Source: Coleofasciculus sp. B1-GNL1-01 (lineage in GTDB: Bacteria > Cyanobacteriota > Cyanobacteriia > Cyanobacteriales > Coleofasciculaceae). From it: a stretch of 64,000 bases of DNA. Positions 53,091 through 63,674 of the stretch are shown here, piece by piece (within the stretch, counting starts at the first letter, position 1; each line of letters begins with the position of its first letter). The notes beneath the pieces were generated by a model. The model was not told the origin of the DNA, made no database searches, and saw only the letters and a list, made by a program, of their open reading frames with translations. Position numbers and translations under genes: made by a program. The stretch lies in assembly GCA_040220235.1 (NCBI GenBank), contig JAVJTO010000163.1. One strand, given 5' to 3'.

Positions 53091-55208
53091 ATGAACAAGA
53101 TGATTGGTGTTAATTCCAACGGGCAAATTCTATTCACTTCTATAGCAGCATTGTGGGCGGCGTTTTGGCTAACTCCCTCGGTAAAGGCTCAAAGTCTACC
53201 TATCCTCACAAACACTAAGTCTTCAGCCGATCAGGGCTTGTCTCTGACAAAGGCAGAAGATTCGATCAAGGCAGAAGGTAGGGAACAGAGGGCAGCAGGT
53301 AAGCAGCCAGGTAGCAAGGTCGAAGGACATGATAACTGTTTAGGCGAACATGAGATCACCCATTCAACCCTCAGTCAGGGCGGGTTTTGCCCAAACGTTA
53401 CTATCCATAGCCAAACGACAGTCCCTAAACCCGCCCCTACAAACCAGGTTTCCGATGTACCTAGGGTTGGGTCAATACTCAACACCCAACACTCAACATT
53501 CAACGCTCAAGTTCCCGATCGCACCACTCCCCGTGACAGTCCCTCAATTCCGGAACTCCCTCCACCTCAAGACATTGAGCCACCGCCTCCCTCACGGCAA
53601 CCAGAAGCCATACCCTCTCCCACACTTCCTCCCCCCGAACAGCTTCTCGAACCCCCTGAATTTACCCCAACCACGCCCGAAACACCTGAGACGCCGGAGG
53701 GGGCGACTCAAGAGCAAATTACGGTAAACCAATTTGAATTCATCGGTAACACTGCCTTTAGTGATGAAGAGTTAGCCGAAGTAACGGCGGAGTTCACGAA
53801 TCGCCCCATTACCTTTGCTGAACTCCTCAATGCCAGAACTGCTGTCACCCAGTTGTACGTGGACAACGGCTATGCCACATCGGGTGCCTTCATTCCGCCT
53901 CAACCCCTAACCCAAGACACCGTAACCATTGAAATTGTCGAAGGTGGAATTGAAGAGATTCAGGTGAATGGGCTGCGCCGTCTGCGTCCCAACTATGTGC
54001 GATCGCGGATTGCCGTTGCTAATCCCAAACCCCTGAATGTACCACATTTACTAGAATCCCTGCGTCTTTTGCAACTCGATCCCCTGATCGAAAATATCTC
54101 GGCTGAACTCTCAACGGGTTCTGGACCTGGTACCAGTTTACTCATTGTTGATGTTATTGAAGCAAACACTTGGAGTTACCAACTGTTTGCTAACAATGGG
54201 CGTTCCCCTAGTGTGGGTAGCTTCCGGCGCGGGGCGTCCATCACCCAAGCCAACTTACTCGGATTCGGTGATGGCGCAACACTCAGCTATACAAATACCG
54301 ATGGTAGCGACGAGATTGAATTTAACTACACCCTACCCGTTAATCCGCGTAATGGCACGGTTAGCTTTAGCTTTAGCAATACCTCCAGCGAGATTATTGA
54401 AGAGCCGTTTAACTTTCTCGATATCCAATCCGACTCCACCAGTTTTGACCTGACGTTTCGTCAACCCCTCCTGGAAACGCCAACCCAGGAATTGGCAGTG
54501 GGTTTAACCGCGTCCCGACGCAATACAGAAACCGTTTTCTTAGAAGACAGACTTGGCTTTCGACTTGGCTTTCCCTCACTAGGGGCTGATGAGGATGGAC
54601 GGATTCGCGTTTCAGCCCTACGATTCTTTCAAGAGTGGACTCAACGAGGGGCAAGTGAAGTCTTTGCCCTACGCTCTCAGTTTAATTTGGGTCTGGGTAT
54701 CTTTGATGCCACAGTCAACGATGATGAGCCGGATAGTCGCTTCTTTACCTGGCGGGGTCAAGCCCAGTGGGTGAGACTCTTAGCCCCGGATACGTTACTC
54801 GTTCTTCAGGGTGATATTCAACTGGCGGCTCAAGATTTGTTACCCGTTGAGCAAATTGGGTTAGGGGGTCTAGGAAGTGTGCGCGGCTATCGCCAAGATA
54901 TTCGACTCACCGATAATGGAGCCTTTGCCTCAGCTGAGGTGCGGCTGCCCATTTTACGCATTCCTGAGTGGGACGGTATTTTGCAGGTTACTCCCTTTGT
55001 GGATGTTGGCACAACCTGGAATAACGGCGAGATCGATGATCCGGACCCCAGTAGTTTGGCATCATTAGGGTTGGGACTACAATGGCAACAAGGCGATCGC
55101 ATTACCGCTCGCTTAGATTGGGGGATTCCCTTGATTTCAGTTGATTCTGAGGATGATACTTGGCAAGAAAATGGCGTATATTTTTCAATAACGATTAATC
55201 CGTTTTAA
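53091..55208 (+). CDS. ShlB/FhaC/HecB (TpsB) outer-membrane transporter
   Basis: POTRA GNTAFSDEEL..YVDNGY; SVRGY motif; C-terminal Phe. Confidence 0.92.
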   Translation: MNKMIGVNSNGQILFTSIAALWAAFWLTPSVKAQSLPILTNTKSSADQGLSLTKAEDSIKAEGREQRAAGKQPGSKVEGHDNCLGEHEITHSTLSQGGFCPNVTIHSQTTVPKPAPTNQVSDVPRVGSILNTQHSTFNAQVPDRTTPRDSPSIPELPPPQDIEPPPPSRQPEAIPSPTLPPPEQLLEPPEFTPTTPETPETPEGATQEQITVNQFEFIGNTAFSDEELAEVTAEFTNRPITFAELLNARTAVTQLYVDNGYATSGAFIPPQPLTQDTVTIEIVEGGIEEIQVNGLRRLRPNYVRSRIAVANPKPLNVPHLLESLRLLQLDPLIENISAELSTGSGPGTSLLIVDVIEANTWSYQLFANNGRSPSVGSFRRGASITQANLLGFGDGATLSYTNTDGSDEIEFNYTLPVNPRNGTVSFSFSNTSSEIIEEPFNFLDIQSDSTSFDLTFRQPLLETPTQELAVGLTASRRNTETVFLEDRLGFRLGFPSLGADEDGRIRVSALRFFQEWTQRGASEVFALRSQFNLGLGIFDATVNDDEPDSRFFTWRGQAQWVRLLAPDTLLVLQGDIQLAAQDLLPVEQIGLGGLGSVRGYRQDIRLTDNGAFASAEVRLPILRIPEWDGILQVTPFVDVGTTWNNGEIDDPDPSSLASLGLGLQWQQGDRITARLDWGIPLISVDSEDDTWQENGVYFSITINPF

Positions 55209-55224
55209 CGGAATTCTTATAGTA

Positions 55225-56046
55225 ATGATTGATCATCCTTTTATTATTTCGACTCAATTTCTAAAAGAACACCTCGATGATCCGCAAGTGGTCGTCATTG
55301 ATTGTCGTTTTGCCCTTGCTGATCCGCAACAGGGATATCACCAGTATCAGACGAGTCACATTCCGGGAGCGTATTACTTGGATTTGAACCAAGATCTGTC
55401 TGCCCCTGTGGAACGTCATGGTGGGCGTCATCCCTTACCTAATCCCAACCGAATTGCTCAAAAACTTGCCGCGATTGGGGTCAGATTCGGTGAAACCTTA
55501 GTCGTGGCTTATGATGATTCCCGTTTTGCGTTTGCGGCGCGTCTGTGGTGGTTACTGCGTTACCTGGGACACGATCGCGTTGCGGTACTGGATGGTGGCT
55601 GGGGCGCATGGCAATCTCAAGGGTATCCAGTAACCGATACGATACCGGAACCTCAACCGGGGCAGTTCGTGCCGCAAGTGCGCTCTGACTGGGTGGTTGA
55701 TATCAACGGGGTCAAAACCCGGAAAGACTTACCCAATGTGGCTTTAGTGGATTCACGGGCACGCGATCGCTATTTAGGAGAGCATGAACCGATTGACCCC
55801 GTTGCGGGGCATATCCCTGGGGCGATGAATTACCCGTGGCAAGAGGTAACGAATGCTCAAGGTTATCTCCACTCCCCCGATCAGCAAAAACAGCGATGGC
55901 AGGATATCCAGGATAAATCAGACATCATTGTCTATTGTGGCTCTGGAGTCACCGCCTGCGTGAATCTCTTATCCCTGGAATTAGCTGGAACGGGAAGGGG
56001 TAAGCTTTATGCTGGAAGTTGGAGCGACTGGTGTTCTTACTTATAA
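55225..56046 (+). CDS. Rhodanese-like sulfurtransferase (SseA)
   Basis: HIPGA twice, GRHPLP, YCGSGVTA and YAGSWSDW motifs. Confidence 0.92.
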   Translation: MIDHPFIISTQFLKEHLDDPQVVVIDCRFALADPQQGYHQYQTSHIPGAYYLDLNQDLSAPVERHGGRHPLPNPNRIAQKLAAIGVRFGETLVVAYDDSRFAFAARLWWLLRYLGHDRVAVLDGGWGAWQSQGYPVTDTIPEPQPGQFVPQVRSDWVVDINGVKTRKDLPNVALVDSRARDRYLGEHEPIDPVAGHIPGAMNYPWQEVTNAQGYLHSPDQQKQRWQDIQDKSDIIVYCGSGVTACVNLLSLELAGTGRGKLYAGSWSDWCSYL

Positions 56047-56213
56047 TACTCCGGGGATACATTAAGACATCAGTTGCTCCCAAGAGGGAATAGGGAATAG
56101 GGAACACCTCGACTTACCTCGATGGTCAGTGAGCCTAGTCGAACTGCGCTCGGTAACACGCTCGGTGTGTCACAGGGAACAGGGAACAGAGAACACTCAA
56201 GAATGTCCTAGGC

Positions 56214-56389
56214 GTGACTTTCCTGATACCCCACGGTAGAATTATGCTTATATCAGTATATTCATAAAAAACAATGTAATATTATCACACTTGTTGACTT
56301 AAATGCAAGCAAACTTGCTATTACTGGCGATTCATCCTCCACTAACTCTGATCGGGTATAGTTGGGGATGAATCGCCGAATTCGATAAA
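56214..56389 (-). mobile_element. Probable non-autonomous IS200/IS605 derivative (PATE-like)
   Basis: Begins GTGAC like the tnpB element's right end; ends with hairpin GGCGATTCATC..GATGAATCGCC matching the tnpB element's left-end stem. Confidence 0.6.
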
Positions 56390-56683
56390 GTACATCTACA
56401 GCTAATGGGTTGGTGTTATTCTCAAGCCTGAGAATAGCTTGAAGATAGCCCCCTGTCTACATCCTATAGAGTTGCTAAGGTTTTCTAAAGCAGAGAGAAA
56501 TCTAGCGACAGGAGTTTCTTTGCCAGGAGATTGAACTTGGAGGTGAGAGAGTAAGACAATTTAGATAGCGCTAAAACGCTTAGGAATTACGCCGATAGAC
56601 TAACTATCAGCCAATATTTAGATTAAAATTGCTAAAATAAGAAGTTCACTTAAATTTCCCAAAACTATTAGGTCTGAGTTTAT

Positions 56684-57202
56684 ATGCCTTGCTCGATGAA
56701 CCGTATTTCTATTTTTGTTGATGGGAATAATATGTTCTATGCTCAACAAAAAAATGGCTGGTTCTTTGATCCAAAGCGGGTCTTAGAATATTTTAGAAAA
56801 GAACCCCATATTGTTCTGGTTAATGCATTTTGGTACACCGGATTAAAAGATCCCCAAGATCAGCGCGGATTTAGAGATGCCCTAATTAGCCTAGGTTACA
56901 CAGTCCGAACTAAAATTTTAAAAGAGTATTATGATGATAGTTCGGGTCGCTATTCCCAAAAAGCTAATCTTGATATAGAAATTGTTGTTGATATGTTTAA
57001 TACGGTAGAACAGTATGACCGAGTTATTCTGTTTAGTGGAGATGGTGATTTTGAACGGGCAATCGAGTTACTGCGTTCAAAAAATACTCATATTACAGTC
57101 GTATCAACGGAAGGAATGATTGCTAGAGAATTAAGAAATGCTACAGATCGGTATATCGACTTAAATGATATACGTGATTATATCGAGAAAACGGATTCTT
57201 GA
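56684..57202 (+). CDS. NYN domain (LabA/DUF88) protein
   Basis: IFVDGNN, QKANLD and FSGDGDF motifs. Confidence 0.9.
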   Translation: MPCSMNRISIFVDGNNMFYAQQKNGWFFDPKRVLEYFRKEPHIVLVNAFWYTGLKDPQDQRGFRDALISLGYTVRTKILKEYYDDSSGRYSQKANLDIEIVVDMFNTVEQYDRVILFSGDGDFERAIELLRSKNTHITVVSTEGMIARELRNATDRYIDLNDIRDYIEKTDS

Positions 57203-57272
57203 TTAATCACACAAACTAGCCCTTATGATTTAACTCATTGAAGATTAACGAGTTCTGACTGGAGACAATCAA

Positions 57273-58892
57273 ATGAACACACAACCCAATCGAATTATTA
57301 TTTTTGATACCACGCTGCGCGATGGCGAACAGTGTCCTGGAGCCACATTAAATGTAGAGGAGAAACTAACGATCGCACGGCAATTGGCACGACTCGGTGT
57401 AGATGTGATTGAAGCGGGGTTCCCCTATGCCAGTGTCGGTGACTTTGAGGCGGTGCAAAAGATTGCTCAAGCTGTCGGTGGCGAGTCGGGACTAACAATT
57501 TGTGGGTTAGCCCGAGCCACTCGTCAGGATATCGAAGCCGCCGCCAAAGCCCTGAAACCCGCTGCCCATGGGCGAATTCATACATTTATCGCCACATCTG
57601 ATATTCATCTCAAATACAAACTGAAAAAGACTCGACAAGACGTATTGGCGATCGCGGAGGAAATGGTAGCGTATGCCAAATCCTTTGTCGAGGATGTGGA
57701 GTTTTCCCCCGAAGACGCAGGGCGTTCTGATCCAGAGTTTTTGTACGAGGTGTTAGAACGTGCGATCGCGGCGGGGGCGACAACGGTAAATATTCCCGAT
57801 ACCGTAGGCTACACCACCCCCACTGAGTTTGGCGCATTGATTCGCGGGATTAAAGAAAATGTCCCCAATATCGACCAAGCGATTATCTCCGTTCATGGTC
57901 ACAATGACCTAGGATTAGCCGTTGCCAACTTTCTGGAAGCGGTGAAAAATGGGGCGCGACAGTTAGAATGTACGATTAATGGTATTGGTGAACGCGCAGG
58001 AAATGCCGCCTTAGAAGAACTCGTCATGGCGTTACACGTTCGGCGGCAATTTTACAATCCCTACTTTGGACGCCCTACGGAATCAGAGGAAGCTTTAACC
58101 AATATTGACACGCGCCAGATTTACAAAACCTCACGGTTAGTCTCGAATTTAACCGGAATGTTAGTGCAACCGAATAAGGCAATTGTCGGCGCAAACGCTT
58201 TTGCCCACGAATCGGGTATTCACCAAGATGGCGTCCTCAAAAATAAGTTGACTTATGAAATCATGGATGCCAAGTTAATTGGGTTAACCGACAATCAGAT
58301 TGTCTTAGGTAAACATTCTGGGCGCAACGCCTTCCGCAACCGTCTGAAGGAATTGGGGTTTGATCTGTCCGAGACGGAGTTGAACAAGGCATTTGTCCGC
58401 TTTAAAGAAGTGGCGGATAAGAAAAAAGAAGTATCCGATTGGGATTTAGAAGCCCTGGTTAACGACGAAATCCGCCAAGTTCCCGAACTCTTCCATTTAG
58501 AATTAGTTCAGGTATCTTGTGGGGATCATGCTCGTCCTACGGCTACCGTAACCTTACGCACCCCAGAAGGTGAAGAACTCATGGATGCGGCGATTGGAAC
58601 GGGTCCAGTGGATGCAGTGTATAAAGCGATTAACCGGGTGGTGAATGTTCCGAACGAACTGATTGAATATTCAGTGCAGTCAGTGACAGCCGGGATTGAC
58701 GCCCTAGGGGAAGTCACAATTCGGCTACGTTATAACAGTCGCGTCTTTTCCGGTCATGCGGCTAATACCGATATTATTGTGGCATCAGCCCAAGCCTATG
58801 TGAATGCCCTGAACCGACTCTATGGTTGGTTACAGGGGCAAGGTCAAGAAAGTCGCGATCGCGAGACAGATAAAGCGGTAGCCCCAGTTTAA
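57273..58892 (+). CDS. leuA: 2-isopropylmalate synthase
   Basis: [22 protein letters not shown] and HESGIHQDG motifs; regulatory domain present. Confidence 0.96.
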   Translation: MNTQPNRIIIFDTTLRDGEQCPGATLNVEEKLTIARQLARLGVDVIEAGFPYASVGDFEAVQKIAQAVGGESGLTICGLARATRQDIEAAAKALKPAAHGRIHTFIATSDIHLKYKLKKTRQDVLAIAEEMVAYAKSFVEDVEFSPEDAGRSDPEFLYEVLERAIAAGATTVNIPDTVGYTTPTEFGALIRGIKENVPNIDQAIISVHGHNDLGLAVANFLEAVKNGARQLECTINGIGERAGNAALEELVMALHVRRQFYNPYFGRPTESEEALTNIDTRQIYKTSRLVSNLTGMLVQPNKAIVGANAFAHESGIHQDGVLKNKLTYEIMDAKLIGLTDNQIVLGKHSGRNAFRNRLKELGFDLSETELNKAFVRFKEVADKKKEVSDWDLEALVNDEIRQVPELFHLELVQVSCGDHARPTATVTLRTPEGEELMDAAIGTGPVDAVYKAINRVVNVPNELIEYSVQSVTAGIDALGEVTIRLRYNSRVFSGHAANTDIIVASAQAYVNALNRLYGWLQGQGQESRDRETDKAVAPV

Positions 58893-59129
58893 TCTATCCT
58901 TACCAGATCCCCGACGTCTTGAAGATGTCGGGGATCTAATTTATAGCGCTTCGCGCTGGTCTAGTTACACTTGGTTTGTACGAACATCCCATCTGGACTC
59001 AGTTTCAGGTACGGGAGTTGTAAATACACGCCTAGCGACTTGCTATATAATCCAGTCCTTACCTTGCGGACTTTGTTTGTGTAGCAGCGATTTTAATCGC
59101 CGTGGCTTAAGTGGATTTGATATCATCAA

Positions 59130-59789
59130 TTGCATCAATTGGAGCAAAATAGGTTGAGTGTCACTATTCCCATTCGCGCCATTGAACTAACGCCAGGTAG
59201 CACCATTCAGATTTCTGACGTATCTTGGCAAGATTTTGAACAAATTCTGGTAGAGTTAGGCGAACACCGTAACACCCGCATCGCCTACTACCAAGGCATT
59301 CTCTCAATCATGTCCCCGTTAGCCATTCATGAACGTCCCCATCGCATCATTGCCGATATTGTTAAAACGATTCTAGATAGCCAAGAGCGGGATTGGGAAG
59401 ACTTTGGTTCAACAACCTTCAAACGTCCAGTTATTGCTGGTGTTGAACCCGATACCTGTCTCTATATCCAGAACGCCAACCGTGTCCAAGGTTGCACGGC
59501 TATGGATTTAGACATTTACCCACCCCCAGATCTGGCTATTGAGTGTGATGTTACCTCAAAAACAACCCTTGACGCTTACGCCGCTTTAGGAGTTCCAGAA
59601 GTTTGGATTTATCGCCATCATCAGCTTAGGATATATATTTTCCGCAATGGGGACTATAGTCTTTCCCCAGAAACAGCAATCTTTCCTGATATGTCAATTA
59701 CCGAACTAATTCCCCCATTGGTACAACAAGCCATTGAACAAGGAACCAGTCGGATGCTGCGGGAATTGAGACGAAAACTGCGTCCATAA
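59130..59789 (+). CDS. Uma2 family endonuclease-like protein
   Basis: VSWQDFE, EPDTC, PDLAIE and LGVPEVW motifs; start uncertain. Confidence 0.88.
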   Translation: MHQLEQNRLSVTIPIRAIELTPGSTIQISDVSWQDFEQILVELGEHRNTRIAYYQGILSIMSPLAIHERPHRIIADIVKTILDSQERDWEDFGSTTFKRPVIAGVEPDTCLYIQNANRVQGCTAMDLDIYPPPDLAIECDVTSKTTLDAYAALGVPEVWIYRHHQLRIYIFRNGDYSLSPETAIFPDMSITELIPPLVQQAIEQGTSRMLRELRRKLRP

Positions 59790-59829
59790 GATTATAGAAA
59801 GAAACTCAGATCTTGCACTCGCGATCGCG

Positions 59830-60690
59830 ATGATTCAACCCATTCCATTCTCTGTTATATCAGGATACCGTCCCCAGGCTAAAGACACCAGTATAGAAAT
59901 AGATAAGTTGACATTCCACTTACTCCGACAACGAACACCGGGCAATCGGTTGAAAATGGCAGCCTCGCTGACAAAGAGCGCCCGTAAGCTGTCGTTGTGT
60001 TCTCTTAGCCAACAATTTGCACATCTTTCCCCAACCCAGTTCGCCCAAAAAATTGCTAGAGCGTGGTTACAAGACCATTACCCTCCTAATTATATTCCCA
60101 CCGTCAAGCCAGAAATGTGGATTCAGGATTCGGTACAGTTAGCGGTTAAACTTCATCCCATTTTTACCGCATTGTCCATTCCCTATTACATCACGGGTGG
60201 GATAGCAGCAATTGCTTACGGTGAACCCCGCACAACACAGGATTTAGATTTAGTTATCGGTATTTCTCCCACTGATATTGATCGCCTTACCGACGCCCTC
60301 AACGAGTGTGGTTTTTATGTTCCCGGTGTTGATGATGTGAAATTGGGTCGGATAAAAACCCTACAAATTACCGATATGGAGAGCATTAGTCGTGCTGATT
60401 TACTGATAACCGGAACGGATGAATTTGAGCGCCTACAGTTTGAGCGCAGACGGGTAATTGAGTTTGAAGAAACGAGGCTCTATTTTGCTTCTCCTGAAGA
60501 TATTATTTTAAGTAAACTGCGATGGAGGCAGGGTTCAGGTTCGGAAAAACAATGGCGTGATGTCTTGGCAGTTCTCAAGGTGCAAGGAGAACAACTTGAT
60601 TTTGATTATTTATGGGAGTGGGCTGAAAATCTTGGTTTTACACTTGACCTAGACCGAGCTTTTACCGAAGCTGGCTTGTTTGGCTTTTGA
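59830..60690 (+). CDS. Nucleotidyltransferase-fold protein with N-terminal helical domain
   Basis: ITGGIAAIAYGEPRTTQDLD, ASPEDIILSKL and KQWRD motifs. Confidence 0.75.
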   Translation: MIQPIPFSVISGYRPQAKDTSIEIDKLTFHLLRQRTPGNRLKMAASLTKSARKLSLCSLSQQFAHLSPTQFAQKIARAWLQDHYPPNYIPTVKPEMWIQDSVQLAVKLHPIFTALSIPYYITGGIAAIAYGEPRTTQDLDLVIGISPTDIDRLTDALNECGFYVPGVDDVKLGRIKTLQITDMESISRADLLITGTDEFERLQFERRRVIEFEETRLYFASPEDIILSKLRWRQGSGSEKQWRDVLAVLKVQGEQLDFDYLWEWAENLGFTLDLDRAFTEAGLFGF

Positions 60691-60966
60691 TCTTCAGTGG
60701 TTCCTTGATTTTTGTCTTTCTTTTTAGGGCGCGATCGCACGTTTATTTTAAACCCTTAATTGCTGTAAAATGCGGTCAAGTATTCCCAGAAACCGGGTTT
60801 CTCATGAGGACAACAACGAAATCGACATTTTAATCAAAAAAACCGGGTCCTTGACCGATGCCCTAGAGTTTTCTTGTGAGGGTACATAGTTTATCATAAA
60901 TAGCGCAAATTCTTGTACAATTACCATTAACTCCCTAACCGTCTCTTCCTAACCCTTACCGACAAG

Positions 60967-61767
60967 ATGATTGACGAAACTCTCAACAAAGAACGCCAGT
61001 TTCATGATACCTGGGCAGCCGCCATTGATGTCGATGGCATTCGCGTGGCTGATTATTTTGAAGCCTGTACCGCCCCAGAAAACCGCTTTATTCTGCAACA
61101 ACTGGGCGATATTCGCGGCAAACGTCTCTTAGATTTAGGCTGTGGTGCGGGTGAAAATAGTGTTTATTTTGCCCAAAAAGGAGCGAATTGTGTCGCCGCC
61201 GACTATTCAGCCGGAATGGTAGACGTGGCGCTAAAATTAGCAGCGGCTAACGGCGTTAACATTGAAGGACATACAGCGAATGCTATGGCGCTGGATTTTG
61301 CAGACAATACGTTTGATATTGTTTATGCCTCCAATTTATTGCACCATATTCCCGATCCTAAAATCGCACTACAGGAAATGCACCGTATCCTCAAACCCGG
61401 AGGAAAAGCCTGTTTTTGGGACCCGCTAAAGCATAATCCTGTGATTAATGTTTATCGACGGATGGCGACTGAAGTGCGTACTGATGATGAAATGCCCTTG
61501 GATATTAATTTTGTCAAAGTGGTCAAGTCTCTTTTTTCGCAAGTAAGCTATGATACCTTTTGGCTGGCAAGCCTTTGGATTTTTTTGCGCTTCTATTTAA
61601 TTGAAAAAGTTGATCCCAATCAGGAACGTTACTGGAAAAAGATTATTATCGAACAGGAACAATTGAGTCCGACGTATCGGCGGCTGGAGACAATTGATCA
61701 GAGTCTAAAAAAGATTCCTTTGATGAAACGGTTGGCGTGGAATATCGCTGTTGTCGCGACGAAGTAA
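60967..61767 (+). CDS. Class I SAM-dependent methyltransferase
   Basis: LLDLGCGAG, FDIVY..LHH and RILKPGG motifs. Confidence 0.9.
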   Translation: MIDETLNKERQFHDTWAAAIDVDGIRVADYFEACTAPENRFILQQLGDIRGKRLLDLGCGAGENSVYFAQKGANCVAADYSAGMVDVALKLAAANGVNIEGHTANAMALDFADNTFDIVYASNLLHHIPDPKIALQEMHRILKPGGKACFWDPLKHNPVINVYRRMATEVRTDDEMPLDINFVKVVKSLFSQVSYDTFWLASLWIFLRFYLIEKVDPNQERYWKKIIIEQEQLSPTYRRLETIDQSLKKIPLMKRLAWNIAVVATK

Positions 61768-62067
61768 TGTCATGTTCTGACGATTGCTTATAATTGCAAT
61801 ACTGTACTAATAGGGGTTTCATGCATTTTTCTTCAGGTGTGTTTGACCAGAAATGATTGAATTCCTGAAAAAACATACATTCAGAAAACAGAATACAGAT
61901 GGTAAAAGGGAATGAGTAAGGTAGCCAAATGACAGGAAATAATAACGGTTTCGGCGGATATGATATTATGAATCGAAATCAACCGAAAAATATTAGCCTT
62001 AGCTAACCCAATATATATATTTTTTTTTTGACCCTTCGCAACCCTCGATGGCAAGTTTTAAACTTTG

Positions 62068-62370
62068 TCAAGTAGCGATCGCGACCTCCTGGATACAGCT
62101 TCCTGGGGATAATCTAGAAAAGAACCGTTCACGAGACTCTTGCCTAACTAAGCCTTCCATGACCGCTTGCTGCAATCGAATGAAGGCTTTCAAGTCTTCT
62201 GTGCCATAGTTTCTAGATAGAAGCTGGCGCAGTTGATTTTCAGATTCCAGGGTTAAATAACCGGTTAATAGCGCTTGTTGAGTAATTTCACAAATTAGAT
62301 TCATGCCTTCTTGTCCTTCTTTAGATGTCTGTTCAAGATCAGGTGAGATTGTATCACCAACTGTATCCAA
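62068..62370 (-). CDS. Small conserved cyanobacterial hypothetical protein
   Basis: QQALLTGYLTLESENQLRQLL..LQQAVMEGLVRQESRE; may start at the internal ATG at 62304. Confidence 0.7.
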   Translation of the reverse strand: MDTVGDTISPDLEQTSKEGQEGMNLICEITQQALLTGYLTLESENQLRQLLSRNYGTEDLKAFIRLQQAVMEGLVRQESRERFFSRLSPGSCIQEVAIAT

Positions 62371-62749
62371 ATCTCAATGGCAACCCAGGATTCTTATCGA
62401 AAAAGACGTACTCCTTAAGGGTTTGTTTCAAGGTGGCGCTGATACGCCCCACGTTCTTGATTAAAGATTACATTTATTTACAGAAAACCTTAACTCAGTT
62501 GACAAGTGCCTAACCTTATAGTGAGTAAGTTAGCTAAATCATTGTGTTTTGGGTATCCTTCTGAAGAAAGAATTAATCTAAATTAGCTGTGACAAAAAGG
62601 CAGGAGATGCACCGAACCCGACTCAATACGCGCTCTCCGAGACGCGATCGCGCCAGTGCATCCAGGATTGATATGGCTGTCCACGGCGTTGCCTGGTATA
62701 GTTAATGGCAAAAACTTAAACGATAGAATCATTTCTACTCTTGCTACCG

Positions 62750-63562
62750 ATGAAGTCTTATCTTGCCGCTGCTGTGCAAATGACAAGCTTGCCTGACCTA
62801 GAGAAGAATCTGGTTGAGGCAGAAACATTGATTGAACTGGCGGTGCGCCAAGGCGCTGAGCTGATTACTTTACCGGAAAACTTCTCGTTCCTCGGTAAAG
62901 AAGAAGACAAAGTGGCACAAGCTGACGCGATCGCCCTCCAGAGTGAAAAATTCCTCAAAACCATGGCACAGCGCTTCCAAGTCACGCTGCTTGGGGGAGG
63001 ATTTCCTGTGCCTGTAGACGATACAAAAGTTTACAACACCGCCTTGCTCATCGATCCCAATGGCGTCGAACTGGTGCGTTATCAAAAAGTTCACTTATTC
63101 GATGTGAATGTCCCCGATGGCAATACCTATCAAGAATCGAGTACGGTGATGCCAGGGGATCAACTACCACCCGTTTGCCACTCCGAAACATTAGGTAACT
63201 TAGGACTATCGGTGTGCTATGATGTTCGCTTCCCAGAACTTTACCGTCATTTAGCCTATAAAGGGGCTGACATTTTGTTTGTTCCGGCTGCCTTTACCGC
63301 GTATACGGGAAAAGATCATTGGCAAGTCCTACTCCAAGCACGAGCCATTGAAAACACCTGTTACGTGATTGCACCCGCCCAAACGGGACGTCATTACGCC
63401 ATGCGTAAAACCCACGGTCACGCCATGATTGTTGACCCTTGGGGGGTGATCTTAGCCGATGCTGGCGATAAACCGGGTGTCGCGATCGCAGAAATTAATC
63501 CGACTCGCCTTGAACAAGTTCGCCGCCAGATGCCATCCCTAGAACATCGGGTTTTTATTTGA
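62750..63562 (+). CDS. Carbon-nitrogen hydrolase (Nit1-like deaminated glutathione amidase)
   Basis: LPE, YQKVHLFD, VCYDVRFPE and RAIEN motifs. Confidence 0.92.
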   Translation: MKSYLAAAVQMTSLPDLEKNLVEAETLIELAVRQGAELITLPENFSFLGKEEDKVAQADAIALQSEKFLKTMAQRFQVTLLGGGFPVPVDDTKVYNTALLIDPNGVELVRYQKVHLFDVNVPDGNTYQESSTVMPGDQLPPVCHSETLGNLGLSVCYDVRFPELYRHLAYKGADILFVPAAFTAYTGKDHWQVLLQARAIENTCYVIAPAQTGRHYAMRKTHGHAMIVDPWGVILADAGDKPGVAIAEINPTRLEQVRRQMPSLEHRVFI

Positions 63563-63674
63563 TGGGTCATTGGTCATTGGTCTTATGTTTTTTGGATGTA
63601 AAGTGACCAAACAGGATTAGACAACTGGTTTTGCCGTAAAAATTTGTTAAGCCTAAATTTACAACATAAAACCT

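Noticed and set aside
53091..55208. CDI or complete two-partner secretion locus
   Set aside because: No TpsA or immunity gene lies adjacent in this window.
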